Positions 24,701-37,833 of a DNA stretch of 64,000 bases are shown here, one piece after another. The DNA is from Octopus vulgaris. Taxonomy: Eukaryota. The first letter of the stretch is position 1. Each line of letters opens with the position of its first letter. The stretch is from NCBI GenBank assembly GCA_951406725.2, contig OX597828.1, positions 15,128,001 to 15,192,000 on the forward strand. The letters run 5' to 3'. The notes beneath the pieces were generated by a model, which had not been told where the DNA came from, made no database searches, and saw nothing but the letters and a program-made list of their open reading frames with translations. A program made the position numbers and the translations under genes.

Positions 24701-25489
24701 GAATGAAAATTTTGCAGGAGAACTGAAAGAAAAAAAAACGGGCCTTCCACTTCCAATGACCTTAAAAAAAATTTTTGGGGAGAAAATTTCTTCAGATTTC
24801 TGTTTTAAACATTTAACGATTATTGTACTAGAAAAAAAGAACCTGGAATTTATGAGAAAGTTAATAATGCCACAAAGGCCTTAGGCTCCATCATTTGCTG
24901 TGGCAAGACTATTTTTAATATTGATTTATATTGATTCCTAAATCACTGAAAAAATTTTTTACAATTTCATTCAATACTTTAGAGTGGTTTTAGTACAGGT
25001 ATTAAACCACAAAAAAAACTAACAGTTTTATTCTGTCAGGGTTTTTTTGTTTTGCAATATATAATACACACATACACACAAAATATGCTTTTTACAAGCA
25101 ATATCATTTGATTCATCCAAAATCAAAGAGAACTATTTACTTGTCTTCAATTTGTTCTTTCAGCTAAGATGGAGCAATAGCATTTTTATATATGTACAAT
25201 GCATGTTGTTATAAGCAATCACAAATCAGCAGCAATTGATGATGACAGGAAATGATCGATGCTATGGATATTTGCATGACAAGCTACAAGTGAAGCTGAC
25301 TGTGGTAATTTTCATATACAGCTATGTGAATTTGAGTTAAATACTATATAGTTTAGCACTATCATATAAGTTTAACTGAAGAAGTATGCATTATTGAATC
25401 AGTTTTATAAGGCTCTGAGCTGACAGAATTTTTGGCACATTAGGCAGAATGCTTAATGGCGTTTCTTCAGGATATTTACATTATGAATG

Positions 25490-26902
25490 CAGAGGACATG
25501 CGTAAACTAGAGAGGAGTGAAGGTTAGTATGCCCTGCTGGATGTGCAGCATCAGCATGCACGAACGACATGAACAAAAAAGTGCAAATGCGTTGAGAGAA
25601 AAGTTGGGCATAAGAAAAATTAAATGCAGCATGCAAGAGAGGAGACTATGTTCATTTGGACATGCGATGCATAAGAATGAAGACAGCTGTATAAAGAAGT
25701 GCCTGTCACTGAAAGTGGATGGTACCTGTGGAAGAGGGAGACCCAGGAAGGCATGGGATGAAGTGGTGAGGACCGATCTTAGGATGTTGGGGCTCACAGA
25801 GAAAACAACAATGGTCTGAAATGTTTGGCAATATGAGGTTCTAAAGAAGACCTGTCCACGTCAGCGAAACTGAGTTCTAGAAGCATTGTGTCCCACCCAC
25901 ACATAACAATAAAATTTTCACACATCTTACCCCAACAAACCAAACTGCCTCTTTTCTCTTCCTCACATTTCCTCTTCATACACTATGATTATCTCCCACT
26001 TCCCATTCCTGTCCTCACTGTATTGCTTTCCCTACCCCGCTCTTTATACCCAGGTACTCCCCAGTCACTGCAAGCCCTAACCCCACTCCCGACTCATGCC
26101 TTCTTAGCAATACCCAGCCACAAATAGTATGACCTCCATACCTTGAGGATATGCCCTGGCGCTTGACATCTTTCTCTCTACCATCCCATCTATGCTCTGA
26201 TCCCCATTCCTTGTGAGTATACCCTGGCACTTCACCTGCTCTTTCGCTGTCTCTCACTCTCTCTTTCCTCATGCTGGGTAACCATGTAGCTCCTCTACAG
26301 CAGCACACCTCTTTCTGCCCTTATTCTTGATCACTCTCCTTCTCTTGCTAGGTACCCATGTATCTCCTTCACACCAGCACACCTGTTTCTGTCCTCTTTT
26401 TTTGTTAACCTCTGGCTGGATAACCATATACCTCCCCTACAGCAAGGCACTTGTTTCTGTTTCTGTCACACTCTAACCTTTCATCATCTGGCACAAGATC
26501 ATCTCCAATCCCCAACCTCTGTAACAAGACACCTGTTTCTGTCACTCTGTCACACTCAAACCTTTCATTATCTGACATAAGATCCCCTCCTTCAATGCCC
26601 CCTCTCCTCTCAAAGATTCCTTGTTTTGCAAGTTACTTGGTGACCCTGCCAGTGCTGGTGCCATGTAAAAAGCATCCAGTCCACACTGTAAAAACCATGC
26701 CAAAATTGGCCTCACCTGTGCTGGTGCCATGTAAAAAGCACTCAATCCACTCAGTGAGTTGGTGTTAGGAAGGGCATCCAGCTGTAAAACCATGCCAAAA
26801 CAGACACAGAAGCCTGGTACAGTCTTCTGCCTGGTCGGGTCCTGTCAAACCATCCAACCCATGCTAGCATAGAAGGCAAACATTAAATTATGATGATGAT
26901 GA
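25490..26902 (+). mobile_element. RTE-clade LINE 3' fragment with a long pyrimidine-rich 3'UTR
   Basis: ORF 25517-25819 (QERRLCSFGHAM..VDGTCGRGRPRKAW) is homologous to 7128-7451; ends in the same aggaagggcatcc...(tga)n tail. Confidence 0.85.
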
Positions 26903-28208
26903 ATTCAAATCTGATTGAGATTGACTTTGCATTTATCCTTTTGAAATCAATAAAATAAGTATCAATTGAGCACTGGGGCTCATGTAATTGATTAGCTCCC
27001 TCCTCCTAAAATTGCTGGTCTAGTGCCAAAATTTGAAATCATAATTAAGCCAAATTTGTAATCTCATATTTAAACATTGCACAATTTACAAAATGCATTA
27101 TTACTATCATATTTTACATCTCTCACTTAATTGCAGATCAATTAACCAGGTTTTGAAAATATTTTATTATACTTTGATTAATTTCTCAATGTATAACTGG
27201 GGATAGTTTAAGAATAATTAAGTTTTATTTTAAAAAATCAGCTGGCCCCTTGCCGTCAAAAATGATGGCTAATTGTAGTATTTTATATATAAATAGGGTA
27301 CATAATACAGATACAAACATTCACATCCCTTGTACATGCACACATATACCCACAGAGTTGAAACGCTGTTTGATTTTTCTTTTCAGCATTGAATGTTCAC
27401 CATCCCACTTCCATTGCACACACACACACTCAAACATTCACATGACTCCCTTTTACATACACATACATATACTTACGTAGAGTTGAAACGCTATTTGATT
27501 TCTCTTTTCACTGTAGAACTTCCATCATCCCACTACCAAGTTTGCCATCACCCCTTCCTTTCTCATTCATATGTTGTGATGGAGAAAAACACAAGTGCAT
27601 TATCATAGTAAATGCTAAGCTTATTCAGACTTAGCTTATCTTTGAGTATCAGATACAACTTTCACTTAGTCAAAATAGAATGAAAGTAATATCATGTAAT
27701 CAATAGATTAACTCAGACTTCCACTTCATGACTGAATAATTGCTCCAGCAAGTTTTGGTTCATTTTATCATACCAAGGAGCCTCTATATATTACTCAAAT
27801 TGCTAGAAAAAGCAGTAGAATATCTGTCAAGTCACATTCCACCATCATAATTCATCTCTAAATTTTACTGATTAACCAAAACTATAAGTTTTTTAAATAA
27901 AATAGAAAATTAGTGGAGTGTAGTGACCACCCCAACTAATTTTGAAGCAAGCCAAAAAGTAGTTAGTAGCCCAAATTAAAAAGCAAAAAGGCATAACAAA
28001 TAGTGTTGAAAAGTAACATAATTTGTTACTAGTAGCCTGATCAGTCTGCTCCTGAGTTCATTCTGCAATGTGGTTCCAGGCTCAGTTCAAATATGCTGCA
28101 CACTAAATAAAAGTTTTCTACACTAATCTCAGATCTATCAAATCTGCTGAGTGAAACTGGATGGATGGAAAGTCTGCAGAAACCTGTTAGTCAGGCTCTT
28201 TCTGATAT

Positions 28209-28574
28209 TACTCTTTTACTTGCTTCAATCATTTGACTGCCTTTAGTAGAGCAAATCGACCCCCAGGACTTATTCTTTGGAAGCCTAGTACTTATTCTAT
28301 CAGTCTCTTTTGCTGAACCGCTAAGTTACGGGGACGTAAACACACCAGCATCGGTTGTCAAGCAATGTGGGGGGGGGACAAACATATAAACACATATATA
28401 TATATACATACGATGGGCTTCTTTCAGTTTCCATCTACCAAATCCACTAACAAGGCTTTGGTCAGCCCAAGGATATAGTAGAAGACACTTGCCCAAGGTG
28501 CCACACAGTGGGACTGAACACAGAATCATGTGGTTGGTAAGCAAGCTACTTACCACACAGCCATGCCTGCGCCT
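28209..28574 (-). mobile_element. Family A SINE
   Basis: Reverse-complement copy of the 16.8 / 32.2 / 60.0 kb SINE. Confidence 0.88.
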
Positions 28575-29318
28575 AGTATTATGGATTTTCTTCACATCTT
28601 TTGGGTTGCTGTCACAGATCTTGCATTCTATTTTTCAATTTTGCTCCAATCGTTTCCAAATCTGGTTATACCAATTTAGTTTTGTATGCTAATTATGAAA
28701 ATGAAATTCATTTTTGCCATAAGTTAATAAATAAAAAGTTAATAGCTCTTACAGTGTGCAAATTTTGGGTAATTTTAGCCAATCAAAAGCCATTATACAT
28801 ATGAACATAAATCCTGCTGGTGTTGATTTCCTTAGTAACAAGGAAAGCTGTAGTCTGCCCTGAATTCATTGTAACAAAAATGCTGTACATGTGTAACTGT
28901 GACACTTCCACCACCACAAATTTAAACAAGTATCCTTTTGTGACAGAGTTACTATGCAGAAAATGCTAGCTTCCGATTCCTGATTGGTTAAAACTGATCC
29001 AACTTTGAATCTCTGTAACATTTTTCAGAAATTATTTCTGGAATAAACGAATCCCAAATTTGGATTCAGCTTGAAAAATTACATCAATATACCAAATTTT
29101 TAAATTTTCACTTAATTTAAAAATTTCCAAATCTGTGCCTAACTGAGAAGATCCCTTTCTTCTTCACCCTCACTAATCTCAAAGGCTCTGCAAAGATTAC
29201 AAGCAATTGCTCTTACTCCTCATACTAAACCTTTAAAAAATATGAAAATGAAAAAAAAAAAATCTTGCTAAATATTCACATAAGAAACTCAAAGAATATT
29301 ATATTTACATGAGCAAAG

Positions 29319-29324
29319 TTTATT
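29319..29324 (-). promoter_or_regulatory. Candidate ATG101 polyadenylation signal AATAAA
   Basis: tttatt on the plus strand, about 127 nt past the stop codon; motif evidence only. Confidence 0.45.
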
Positions 29325-29450
29325 GTATATAAGACTGAAAATAAAATATGAAAATATATAAATGAACTTAATTCAAAAGAGAATAATTACAAGACAATAT
29401 TCATGTGAACAATTGTCATCAGAAGTTCTATGCTGGAAATGCTTCAAACA

Positions 29451-29534
29451 CTACATTTGAAGAGATCTGTTAAAGATTTTTCCAATTGGATTTGGTAAGA
29501 ATGTTGATGTCGGCGATGTAGTATGATGAAATAA
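29451..29534 (-). CDS. ATG101: ATG101 last coding exon (LFHHTTSPTSTFLPNPIGKIFNRSLQM*)
   Basis: Pyrimidine tract and tttgcag acceptor; phase 0; TAG stop at 29453-29451. Brings the protein to 218 aa and keeps the hydrophobic spacing of the human C-terminal helix, but sequence identity is low. Confidence 0.8.
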   Translation of the reverse strand, partial: LFHHTTSPTSTFLPNPIGKIFNRSLQM

Positions 29535-29721
29535 CTGCAAAAAGAAAGGAGAAAATTTGAATAACAAAAAAAAAAAAGCAATTATTCTTCTTTATATAGT
29601 ATGCTTATACTTTGCCCCTATCCTGTCTCCTATGATCCCTCACTCTCCCTGTATACTCTTGCAACCTCCCTGTTCTTCTGTCCCCACGGCTTATCCTGAC
29701 ACTTCATAGCCATCATCTTAA

Positions 29722-29937
29722 CCCTTTAGCATTCAGATTACTCTGTCCAATTTAATATTTATTCTCATTATTTTTAATTAATCATGCATTATCCCATAGC
29801 TTCAAGATTTCAATGATGCGATTGTTATATTCTTAGACTGACATTGTAGGGTAGGTGGGAAAGACTTGATCTAGTCAGTTTTATATAAAGCAGGTAGAAC
29901 GTTTTGGCTGGATATCGCTGGTTCAAATGCTAAAGAG
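29722..29937. mobile_element. piggyBac-like MITE (other copies at ~35474-35694 and ~41127-41330)
   Basis: TTAA|CCCTTTAGCATT ... AATGCTAAAG(A/G)G|TTAA-type termini and a shared ~215-bp body. Confidence 0.75.
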
Positions 29938-30430
29938 TGAATGTCCCACTCCAGCTACACCCACTTGCTGGTGTATCTGAGCCCCTTCTCTCATACTTTA
30001 ACTTCTTGTCACCTAGTATAAAGCTGCCTCTCAACTGTGTGAGCCTTGTGAATCAGAGTGGCTGTTCCAGTGCCATTCTCTGGGGACAACACCTTTTCCA
30101 TTTTGTCTGTGGAACTATAAGACAGTTTGACACAGTTTTTTTAGAAAATTCAGAGATACCAGTTTCAAAATTGATTTTTAGGTTTAAAAATTCTATTTTG
30201 CTCCTCACAGAGTTTTTGTTAGAATTATTTTCCTTATACAGACATGGCTGTGTGATAAGAAGCTTGCTTCCCAACCACATGATTCCAGTTTCAGTCCCAC
30301 TGTGTGGCACCTTGGGCAAGTGAGGAAGAGGAAAGATATAATGATTTAAGCAGGACCTTTCACATTTCATTAAGCATTATTGTCCAAGACAATGATGATT
30401 ATGTTGATTTTAGGGATGCTAACATTAAAT

Positions 30431-30915
30431 TGTGGAGGCTCAATGGCCCAGTGGTTAGGGTAGCGGACTCGCGATCGGAGGATCGTGGTTTCAATTCCCA
30501 GACTTGTTTAATAGTTTAATAGTTCAGATAAATTTATGAAAAAAGAAATGTTGTAAATTTGCTCTTTTGAATATCTGCCTTTTAAACGTATTCTATGTCT
30601 TATATTATTTTTTCTATTCTTTCAGAAAATCACATGAAATATTATTGAAAAGTTGTTGATCAGTACAACTTGAAGGATTGATTTTATTTTTCTTGTGTGT
30701 GTTTATCAAGCGAAAACACCTAAAAGTTCCACGAGGCTCTTGCAGAGGGTGGTGGCGACCCCTGTTGTACTCTTTCGCCCCAACTTTCTCTTACTCTCTC
30801 TTCCTGTTTCTTGAGTAATGCTGTGATGGACTGGCGTCCCGTCCAGCTGGGGGGAACACATACGCTACAGAAACCGGGAAACCGGGCCCATGAGCCAAGC
30901 TAGGCTTGAAAAGGA
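30431..30915 (+). mobile_element. Family C SINE with a ~190-bp foreign insert
   Basis: Head 30431-30504 and body from ~30693 match the 922 and 48762 copies. Confidence 0.85.
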
Positions 30916-32232
30916 AAAAGGATCATTAAATTAATTTAAGGTTGTTAATCATCATTAGCAGCAGCAAGTTGGTCAATACTGACCACTCTGTGGCTGTCAA
31001 AGGATCAAGAAACACCTGAAACAATTTTGAGCATTTAGGTTCTTAAATTATTAACAAATTGAATCTAGAACGGCACTAAGGTTAAAACTCACTAATTTTT
31101 AGCCAAATATTAATTCAATAATTAGTAATCACCAAACTTATGTTTCACGTAAATATTCCAACTATATCAATATAATATGACTGAATTTTTATTGTTCTTT
31201 ATTAATTTTGTTAAGTAGTTTTTATAAAATTTCTTTAAATATTTTTTATTAAAAAACAGTAGTAACACAAAAGAAAATGAAATATTGTTGTTAAATCAAG
31301 AAATTATCTATTAATTATACTTTGTGATGGCGGAATCATTTACATGCTGGACAAAATGCTGAGCGATATTTCCCCCATCTTTATGTTCTGAGTTCAAATT
31401 CCACCAAGGTCAACTTTGCCTTTCATCCTTTCAAGGTTGATAAATAAGTACCCAGTCGATATGATTAACTGACCCTCTCCCCTGAACTTGCTGGCCTTGT
31501 ACCAAAATTTGAAACCAATTTTATTTTAGAAATGTACATGCTGGAGGCGGTGGTGTGGTGCAATAAGTTATCAATAATGTATGCTGAACCCCAACTCTAG
31601 AGCTTTTCAGTTTGCTCTTTCATTCTAATAAAGCTAGTAAAATGAATCCCAAGGAAAACACAGATCAATTTCATCACAAAAAAAAAGCAGCCTTTTGTCT
31701 AGGTTAAGAAATTAATTTATGGCCCAATGATGGAAAAAATATATATTATGTAGTAATTTAGTAACTATCTTTATTGATTTCGTTTCTCACTTGTGTTATA
31801 GCTCAGTTATGTAAGTATTGATACAACTCTGGTACATCTATGGTCAATACGCTTCGAAAATAGACTGTACTCTTGGTTCATTTGAACTTGTTGAAGTCAG
31901 TATTTCATTTAATAATATCACAACCAAGTCCCACCCACCAAGCTTGGGAAGAAAAACTATAGTACTAGTAAACATACAATAATTTATAACAGACGGGAAA
32001 TCCTTTCATAAATTTACCAACAATTAAAAAAAAACTTCAAGCAAAACAGTTTGGTTTGAATCAAAGTAATCCAATAGTGGAAGCAATGGTGCTAGTTAAG
32101 GCATTCAGAAATTTCTTGTATTGTAAATGTAAACAACTAAATTTAGTTATGAATGTTGAAAAAGAGGGAGATATTGATTTACACATACACACATATATGT
32201 ATGCATATGTGTGAGTGTGTATATATACATAT

Positions 32233-32641
32233 AGGCGCAGGAGTGGCTGTGTGGTAAGAAGCTTGCTTACCAACCACATGGTTCCAGGTTCATTCCCACT
32301 GCGTGGCACCTTGGGCAAGTGTCTTCTACTACAGCCTTGGGCCAACCAAAGCCTTGTGAGTGGATTTGGTAGATGGAAACTGAAAGAAGTTCGTCATATA
32401 TATGTATATATATATATATATATGTGTGTGTGTATATGTTTGTATGTCTGTGTTTGTCCCCCCAACATCACTTGACAACTGATAGTGGTGTGCTTACGTC
32501 CCCATAACTTGGCAGTTCGGTGAAAGAGACCGATAGAATAAGTACTAGGCTTCCAAAGAATAAGTCCTGGGGTCGATTTGCTCAACTAAAGGCAGTGCTC
32601 CAGCATGGCCACAGTCAAATGACTGAAACAAGTAAAAGAGT
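32233..32641 (+). mobile_element. Family A SINE, full length
   Basis: ggcgcaggagtggctgtgtgg... through ...caagtaaaagag. Confidence 0.9.
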
Positions 32642-32676
32642 ATATATATATTTATGTATATATCAAGAGACAAATA

Positions 32677-32888
32677 CAGGGTTGGCCAAAATTCCATAAA
32701 TACTTAATATTCAATTATATTTATTCATTTGGGAAAATGGTGTCGCTCAAGAGGGAGTTCAGTTTGAACAATTTTCCTGATGTTGCATATTTAGATGCTT
32801 TTATTAAATTCATTCAGTCGATAAACATAAATCTATCTTGGAATTAAATGGTTTTGATTTACTGTCAGGTGACTTTTGGCCAACCCTG
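32677..32888. mobile_element. Tc1/mariner-type MITE
   Basis: TA|CAGGGTTGGCCAAAA ... TTTTGGCCAACCCTG|TA. Confidence 0.88.
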
Positions 32889-34319
32889 TATATATTTGAG
32901 CACCCACATATAAAGATGTATTGGCATCTGTGCTAGTGGAGCACTAAGAGTACCATATGAGTGTGATCGTTGCCAGAGCAACAAGCTGGCCTCTGTGTCG
33001 ATGGCACATAGAAAGCACCATTTGAGTGTGATCGTTACCTGCGTCACCTTACTGGCACTTATGCTGGTGGCACGTGAAAAAGCATTCGAGCGAGATCATT
33101 GCCAGTGCCGCTGGACTGGCTCCTGTGCAAGTGGCACATAAGCACCATTTGAGCATGGCCATTGCCAGTACCGCCTGACTGGCCCTCATGCTGGTGATAT
33201 GTAAAAGCATCCACTACACTCTCGGAGTGGTTGGCGTTAGGAAGGGCATCCAGCTGTAGAAACTCTGCCAGATTAGATTGGAGTCTGGTGCAGCCATCTG
33301 GTTCGCCAGACCTCAGTCAAATTGTCCAACCCATGCTAGCATGGAAAGTGGACGTTAAACGATGATGACACACATGAAAAAAAATAATAAATAAACTGGT
33401 GCTTTGTTGGTTATCATAACAAGGGTTCCAGTTCATCTATTCACTGGAACAGCCCGCTTGTGAAATTTATGTGCGAGCAGCTGAGTGCTGCACAGACATG
33501 TGTACCCTTAACATAGTTCTCAGGGAGATTCAGCATGACATAGAATGTGGCAAGGTTGGCCCTTTGAAATACAAGTAGTTCACATTTCTGCCAGCCGATT
33601 GGACACGGACACAATGGACTGCCAGGAATCGAACTCATGGCTTTATGATTGTGAGCCAAATACCCTAACCACTAAGCCATGTTCTTTTGCACACATTTAT
33701 TTTTACTGGTACAGTAATTGGATTGTAACCATACTGGGTTACCTCCTTCGAAGGTTTTAGTATTCTTTTATTGGTTTCAGTCATTTGACTGCAGCCATGC
33801 TGGAGCACCACCTTTAGTCGACCAAATTGACCCCAGGACTTATTCTTTGTAAGATGATGTGCAGTGGGACTGAACGTGAAACCATATGGCCAAAAAGCAA
33901 ACTTCTTAATCTCACAGTCATACCTGTACCTATAATATAACTTTTGTTTTGTTCTTATATTTTGTTTGGGACACAAACCCCATGGTTAGATTCTCAGGTA
34001 AAAATAACCATGTTTTGGCAATTTGCTGTGCTTGAGAAGACACGTCAAGCTAAGTGAAATTATAGTCATGTCAGTGACATGTAAAAGGTACCTGGTACAC
34101 TTTTGTGGAATGGTTGGCATTAGGAAGAGCATCGAGCCATAGAAACCAAGCCAAAATCTGGAGCTTGATGCAGATCTCTGGCTTACCAGTTCCAGTCAAA
34201 CCGTCTAACCTATGCCAGCATAGAAAACAGACATTAAACGATGATGATGATGATGTTAATTATTTTAAAATCAATTAATCAACACAAAGAAAGAAGAAAA
34301 ACTTTATCAAACAACTTAC

Positions 34320-34486
34320 TTGGAACAGATATGGTTGGATATCAGGGTAACTTGTATCAAAAACAAGATCCAAATCTTGTAAATTTGGTGTTTTGGGAAC
34401 ATACTCATGCTTGTTCATTGCTTCTATTATGTGAACAACCTTCTCTGATAATTCTTCTCCTAATTTTTCCCTCTGTTCTTGACGAT
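34320..34486 (-). CDS. ATG101: ATG101 coding exon 7 ((D)RQEQREKLGEELSEKVVHIIEAMNKHEYVPKTPNLQDLDLVFDTSYPDIQPYLFQ)
   Basis: ttctag / gtaagt; 167 nt; phase 1 to 0; matches human [29 protein letters not shown]...VFDT...DVQPYLYK. Confidence 0.97.
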
Positions 34487-35903
34487 CTAGAAATCCAAAT
34501 AGAATTTATCAATTGCTAAAAACTAATAAAAGTGCATTAATTTTTCTCTGGGGGAATAAAGCAGACATCTTAATGGGATATAAAATCACATTTTTACAAT
34601 ATGCACATACAAACAAATATATCCAGTACAATGTAGTTGAAGCAGTATTGGACCTTGAGGCGGTGTGAATTACAGGAAATTGTACATCCTGCTCCTTAAT
34701 ATAAAGTTGTAATATTAAATATCAATATTTTAGAACACACATTCACAAAGAATCAGTTTAAGATGCAGTTACACTGACTACACAGCAGCTACTACAACCA
34801 GTTGACTGCTGAGTAATTAGAATGTTTGAATGAATGAAACAAAGATGTTAGGAAGCTCACTAAAATAACCATCTAGATACTTAATGTATACACATCGTCA
34901 ATAGGCCAGTTACTGCAGTTACCTTAGGTAGGCTACCTTCTTGAGCCATGCCAACCCATAAGGGCCAGTTTCACGGTTTTCATGACATACAAATTTCCTA
35001 CCTGGATGGGAGACTGGTCTGTTGTAGGGTTACCCATTTTTGCCAGCTGAGTGGACTGGAGCAACGTGAAATTAAGTATTTTGCTCAAGAACACAACACA
35101 TCGCCCGGTCCAGGAATCGAAACCGCTATTTTATGATCAAGAGTCCAACATACTAACCACTAAGCCATGTGCCTCCACAGTTACTGCAGTATTAGTCCCA
35201 AGGTGGCATCTCTTATGGACTTGCTGTGTCAAAAACAATAAATAGCAGAGAGAGGGGAAAATTTATCCTAGCAACAGTCAGAAGGAGCATCAGGTGTATT
35301 ATGGTCATTACAATGGCAGGTACTCACAGCCAGCCACATGCTTGAATGAGCATCTGGTGCTTCTGCTGGCCACTGCTGGATGAATTTTCATCTCCTTCTG
35401 ATAATCATTGTGTTTTTAACACAGCAGTTCCATAAAAAAATGCAATCTCAGGGAAAAGACCTATGTACATTAACCCTTTAGTGTCCGCATTATTCTGCCA
35501 AAATTAATGCTTTTTCATTCTCATTGTTTTGAACTAATCATGCATTATCTTGTAGCTATGAGATTTCGATGGGGTAGCTGTTAATTTTTAAAACGATATT
35601 GTAGGGTTGGTGTGAGAGACCAGATCTAGCCAGTTTGAACATAAAACAGGCAAAATACTTTTGGCAGGATACGGCCGGTTTAAATGCTAAAGAGTTAAGT
35701 ATGCTAATAACTTTATCATTATTAAGCTGGTGGTTGAGACATTAAAATATTTCATAAAATGAAATGGAAAGTTTTAATTTAAATATGAGCACTTTAAAAT
35801 GGGATGTTTTGTATCAGAAAAAGATGTAGTCCCAGGTAGATTGGCATGAAAAAGGCTTCTCTTAATTGTTACTTTAGAAAAAAAAAAAAAAAAAATTACT
35901 TAC

Positions 35904-36018
35904 CAGATTCTTTATCTAATGTAACAACTTCTAACTTTAGAGTCCAAATTTCCCATGGAACAGATTCATGTTGAAATAACCAGCGACTTCGCCTCTTCTC
36001 ATAGAATTCTAATGAAAT
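35904..36018 (-). CDS. ATG101: ATG101 coding exon 6 (ISLEFYEKRRSRWLFQHESVPWEIWTLKLEVVTLDKES + 1 nt), includes the WF finger
   Basis: ttttag / gtaagt; 115 nt; phase 0 to 1; matches human [28 protein letters not shown]. Confidence 0.97.
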
Positions 36019-36215
36019 CTAAAAGGTGAAATTAAAAAATAGATTGATAAACTTTTAGATCAGTTCAAATATGTTTGACATAATCGACCTCTGAAAAAAC
36101 CCCATTGTGGTTTGTTTTTGGCAAAAGATGTAAACACTCAAGTCATTTCAGAGCATCTACAATGGACTGATATATGCCTCTGGAGTTCTTTATACTATCA
36201 TCAATATCAGATACC

Positions 36216-36449
36216 TGTTACTTTATTACCCACAAGGGGCTAAGCATAGAGGAGGACAAACAAGGACAGACAAACAGATTAAGTCGATTACATCAATCCC
36301 AGTGCGTAACCAGTACTTAATTTATCGACCCCGAAAGGATGAAAGGCAAAGTTGACCTCAGCGGAATTTGAACTCAGAATGTAACGGCAGACGAAATACG
36401 GCTACGCATTTTGCCTGGCGTGCTAACGGTTCTGCCAGCTCACTGCCTT
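36216..36449 (-). mobile_element. Family B SINE with Tx1-like tail
   Basis: 13-bp TSD aatatcagatacc at 36203-36215 and 36450-36462. Confidence 0.9.
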
Positions 36450-37048
36450 AATATCAGATACCAAGGCCATTTGGACTAAAAATTTGTTTGTTTCATATCA
36501 CTGCTTCATGTGCCAACCGCACACACATATATAGAAAGAAATAATTTAAATGTCACAACACAATACTCGATAGGATATAACTTAACTAAACAAAGAATGA
36601 ATTAAAGAATTCCAGTTTATAAGGTCTTGTCTTGAGTGAAAGGCCTTATAAAGGGGAGCTGGGAAAACTTTTTACGATCAGAATAGTAGAAAATAGCAAA
36701 TACACAAGGTGTTAGAAATACAGTTCTTTGGTGAGGCATCAACAAAATGTAGTATTAGTTTTGAACATAATCTTAGTGTTATCCGCATTGCAGATTCTCT
36801 AAATGATTCTAGATAAGCTCTTGCAATAAGACAAAGAAATAATAGCTTGCTCTATCTTCTACTTGGTGCATCAGAGTGGCTGTGATTTTATATGATGAAC
36901 TAGACATTTGCTATTCAGAAAACTATTTTTGATGTCTTGTTTCTTCAGTGTAAGCTGTAATATTGTTGCAGATCATTTAGCTCAATGTTGAAGGAATTCA
37001 ACAATAATTGAAGCTCCTAAAGCTTATAGAAGATGAACATCATAAAAC

Positions 37049-37092
<44 letters not shown>

Positions 37093-37833
37093 GTTTTATG
37101 ATGTTCATATGGTGACCTGCTGTGCTTGAAGAGACCTATTGAGCCAAGTACAACATCAAAATAAAAATCAAATGGAAATTGTAGTTCTGATACCGCACCA
37201 TCTGAATGTGGCCGATGCCAGCACTGTCTTGACTGGCGTCTGTGCCAGTGGCACATAAAAGGCACCAACCGATTGTGTCCGTTGCCAGTCTCCTCTGGCC
37301 CCTGTGCCAGTGGCACATAAAAAGCACCCGCTACACTCACAGAGTGGTTGGTGTTAGGAAGAGCATCCAGCTGTAGAAACACTGCTAGATCAGACTGGTG
37401 TCTGGTGCAGCCTCCTGGCTTCCCAGACCCTGGTCAAACCGTCCAACCCATGCTAGCATGGAGAATGGACGTTAAATGATGATGATGATATATATATATA
37501 TATACACACACACATACACGCACATTCCAGTCAGCCCTTCCTGTTGCCAACCTTCACCTGTTCCAAGCAAGATAATATCTCCACATGGCCTGCCATGTTC
37601 TCGCAGAACATTGAAAATAAATGAGTTTGGATGACAGTGTCAATCATATACAACTATCATGCAATGCCAAAACAAGGAGACACACACACACACACAGAAC
37701 CGGCTTCTTTCAGTTTTCATCTATCAAATCCACTCAAAAGGTGCCATGCAATGGGAATGAACCCACAACCATATAGTAGGAAAGTAACCTTCTTAACCAC
37801 ACAGCCACACCAGCGCCAAGTGTAGATATAAAT

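Noticed and set aside
28583-29153. Additional GGATC-family MITE
   Set aside because: It has a GAAGATCC end and a tgattggtt motif, but no matching TSD or clear left TIR.
34241-34519. Plus-strand 92-aa ORF
   Set aside because: It is the antisense shadow of ATG101 exon 7 and starts in an (ATG)n retroelement tail.
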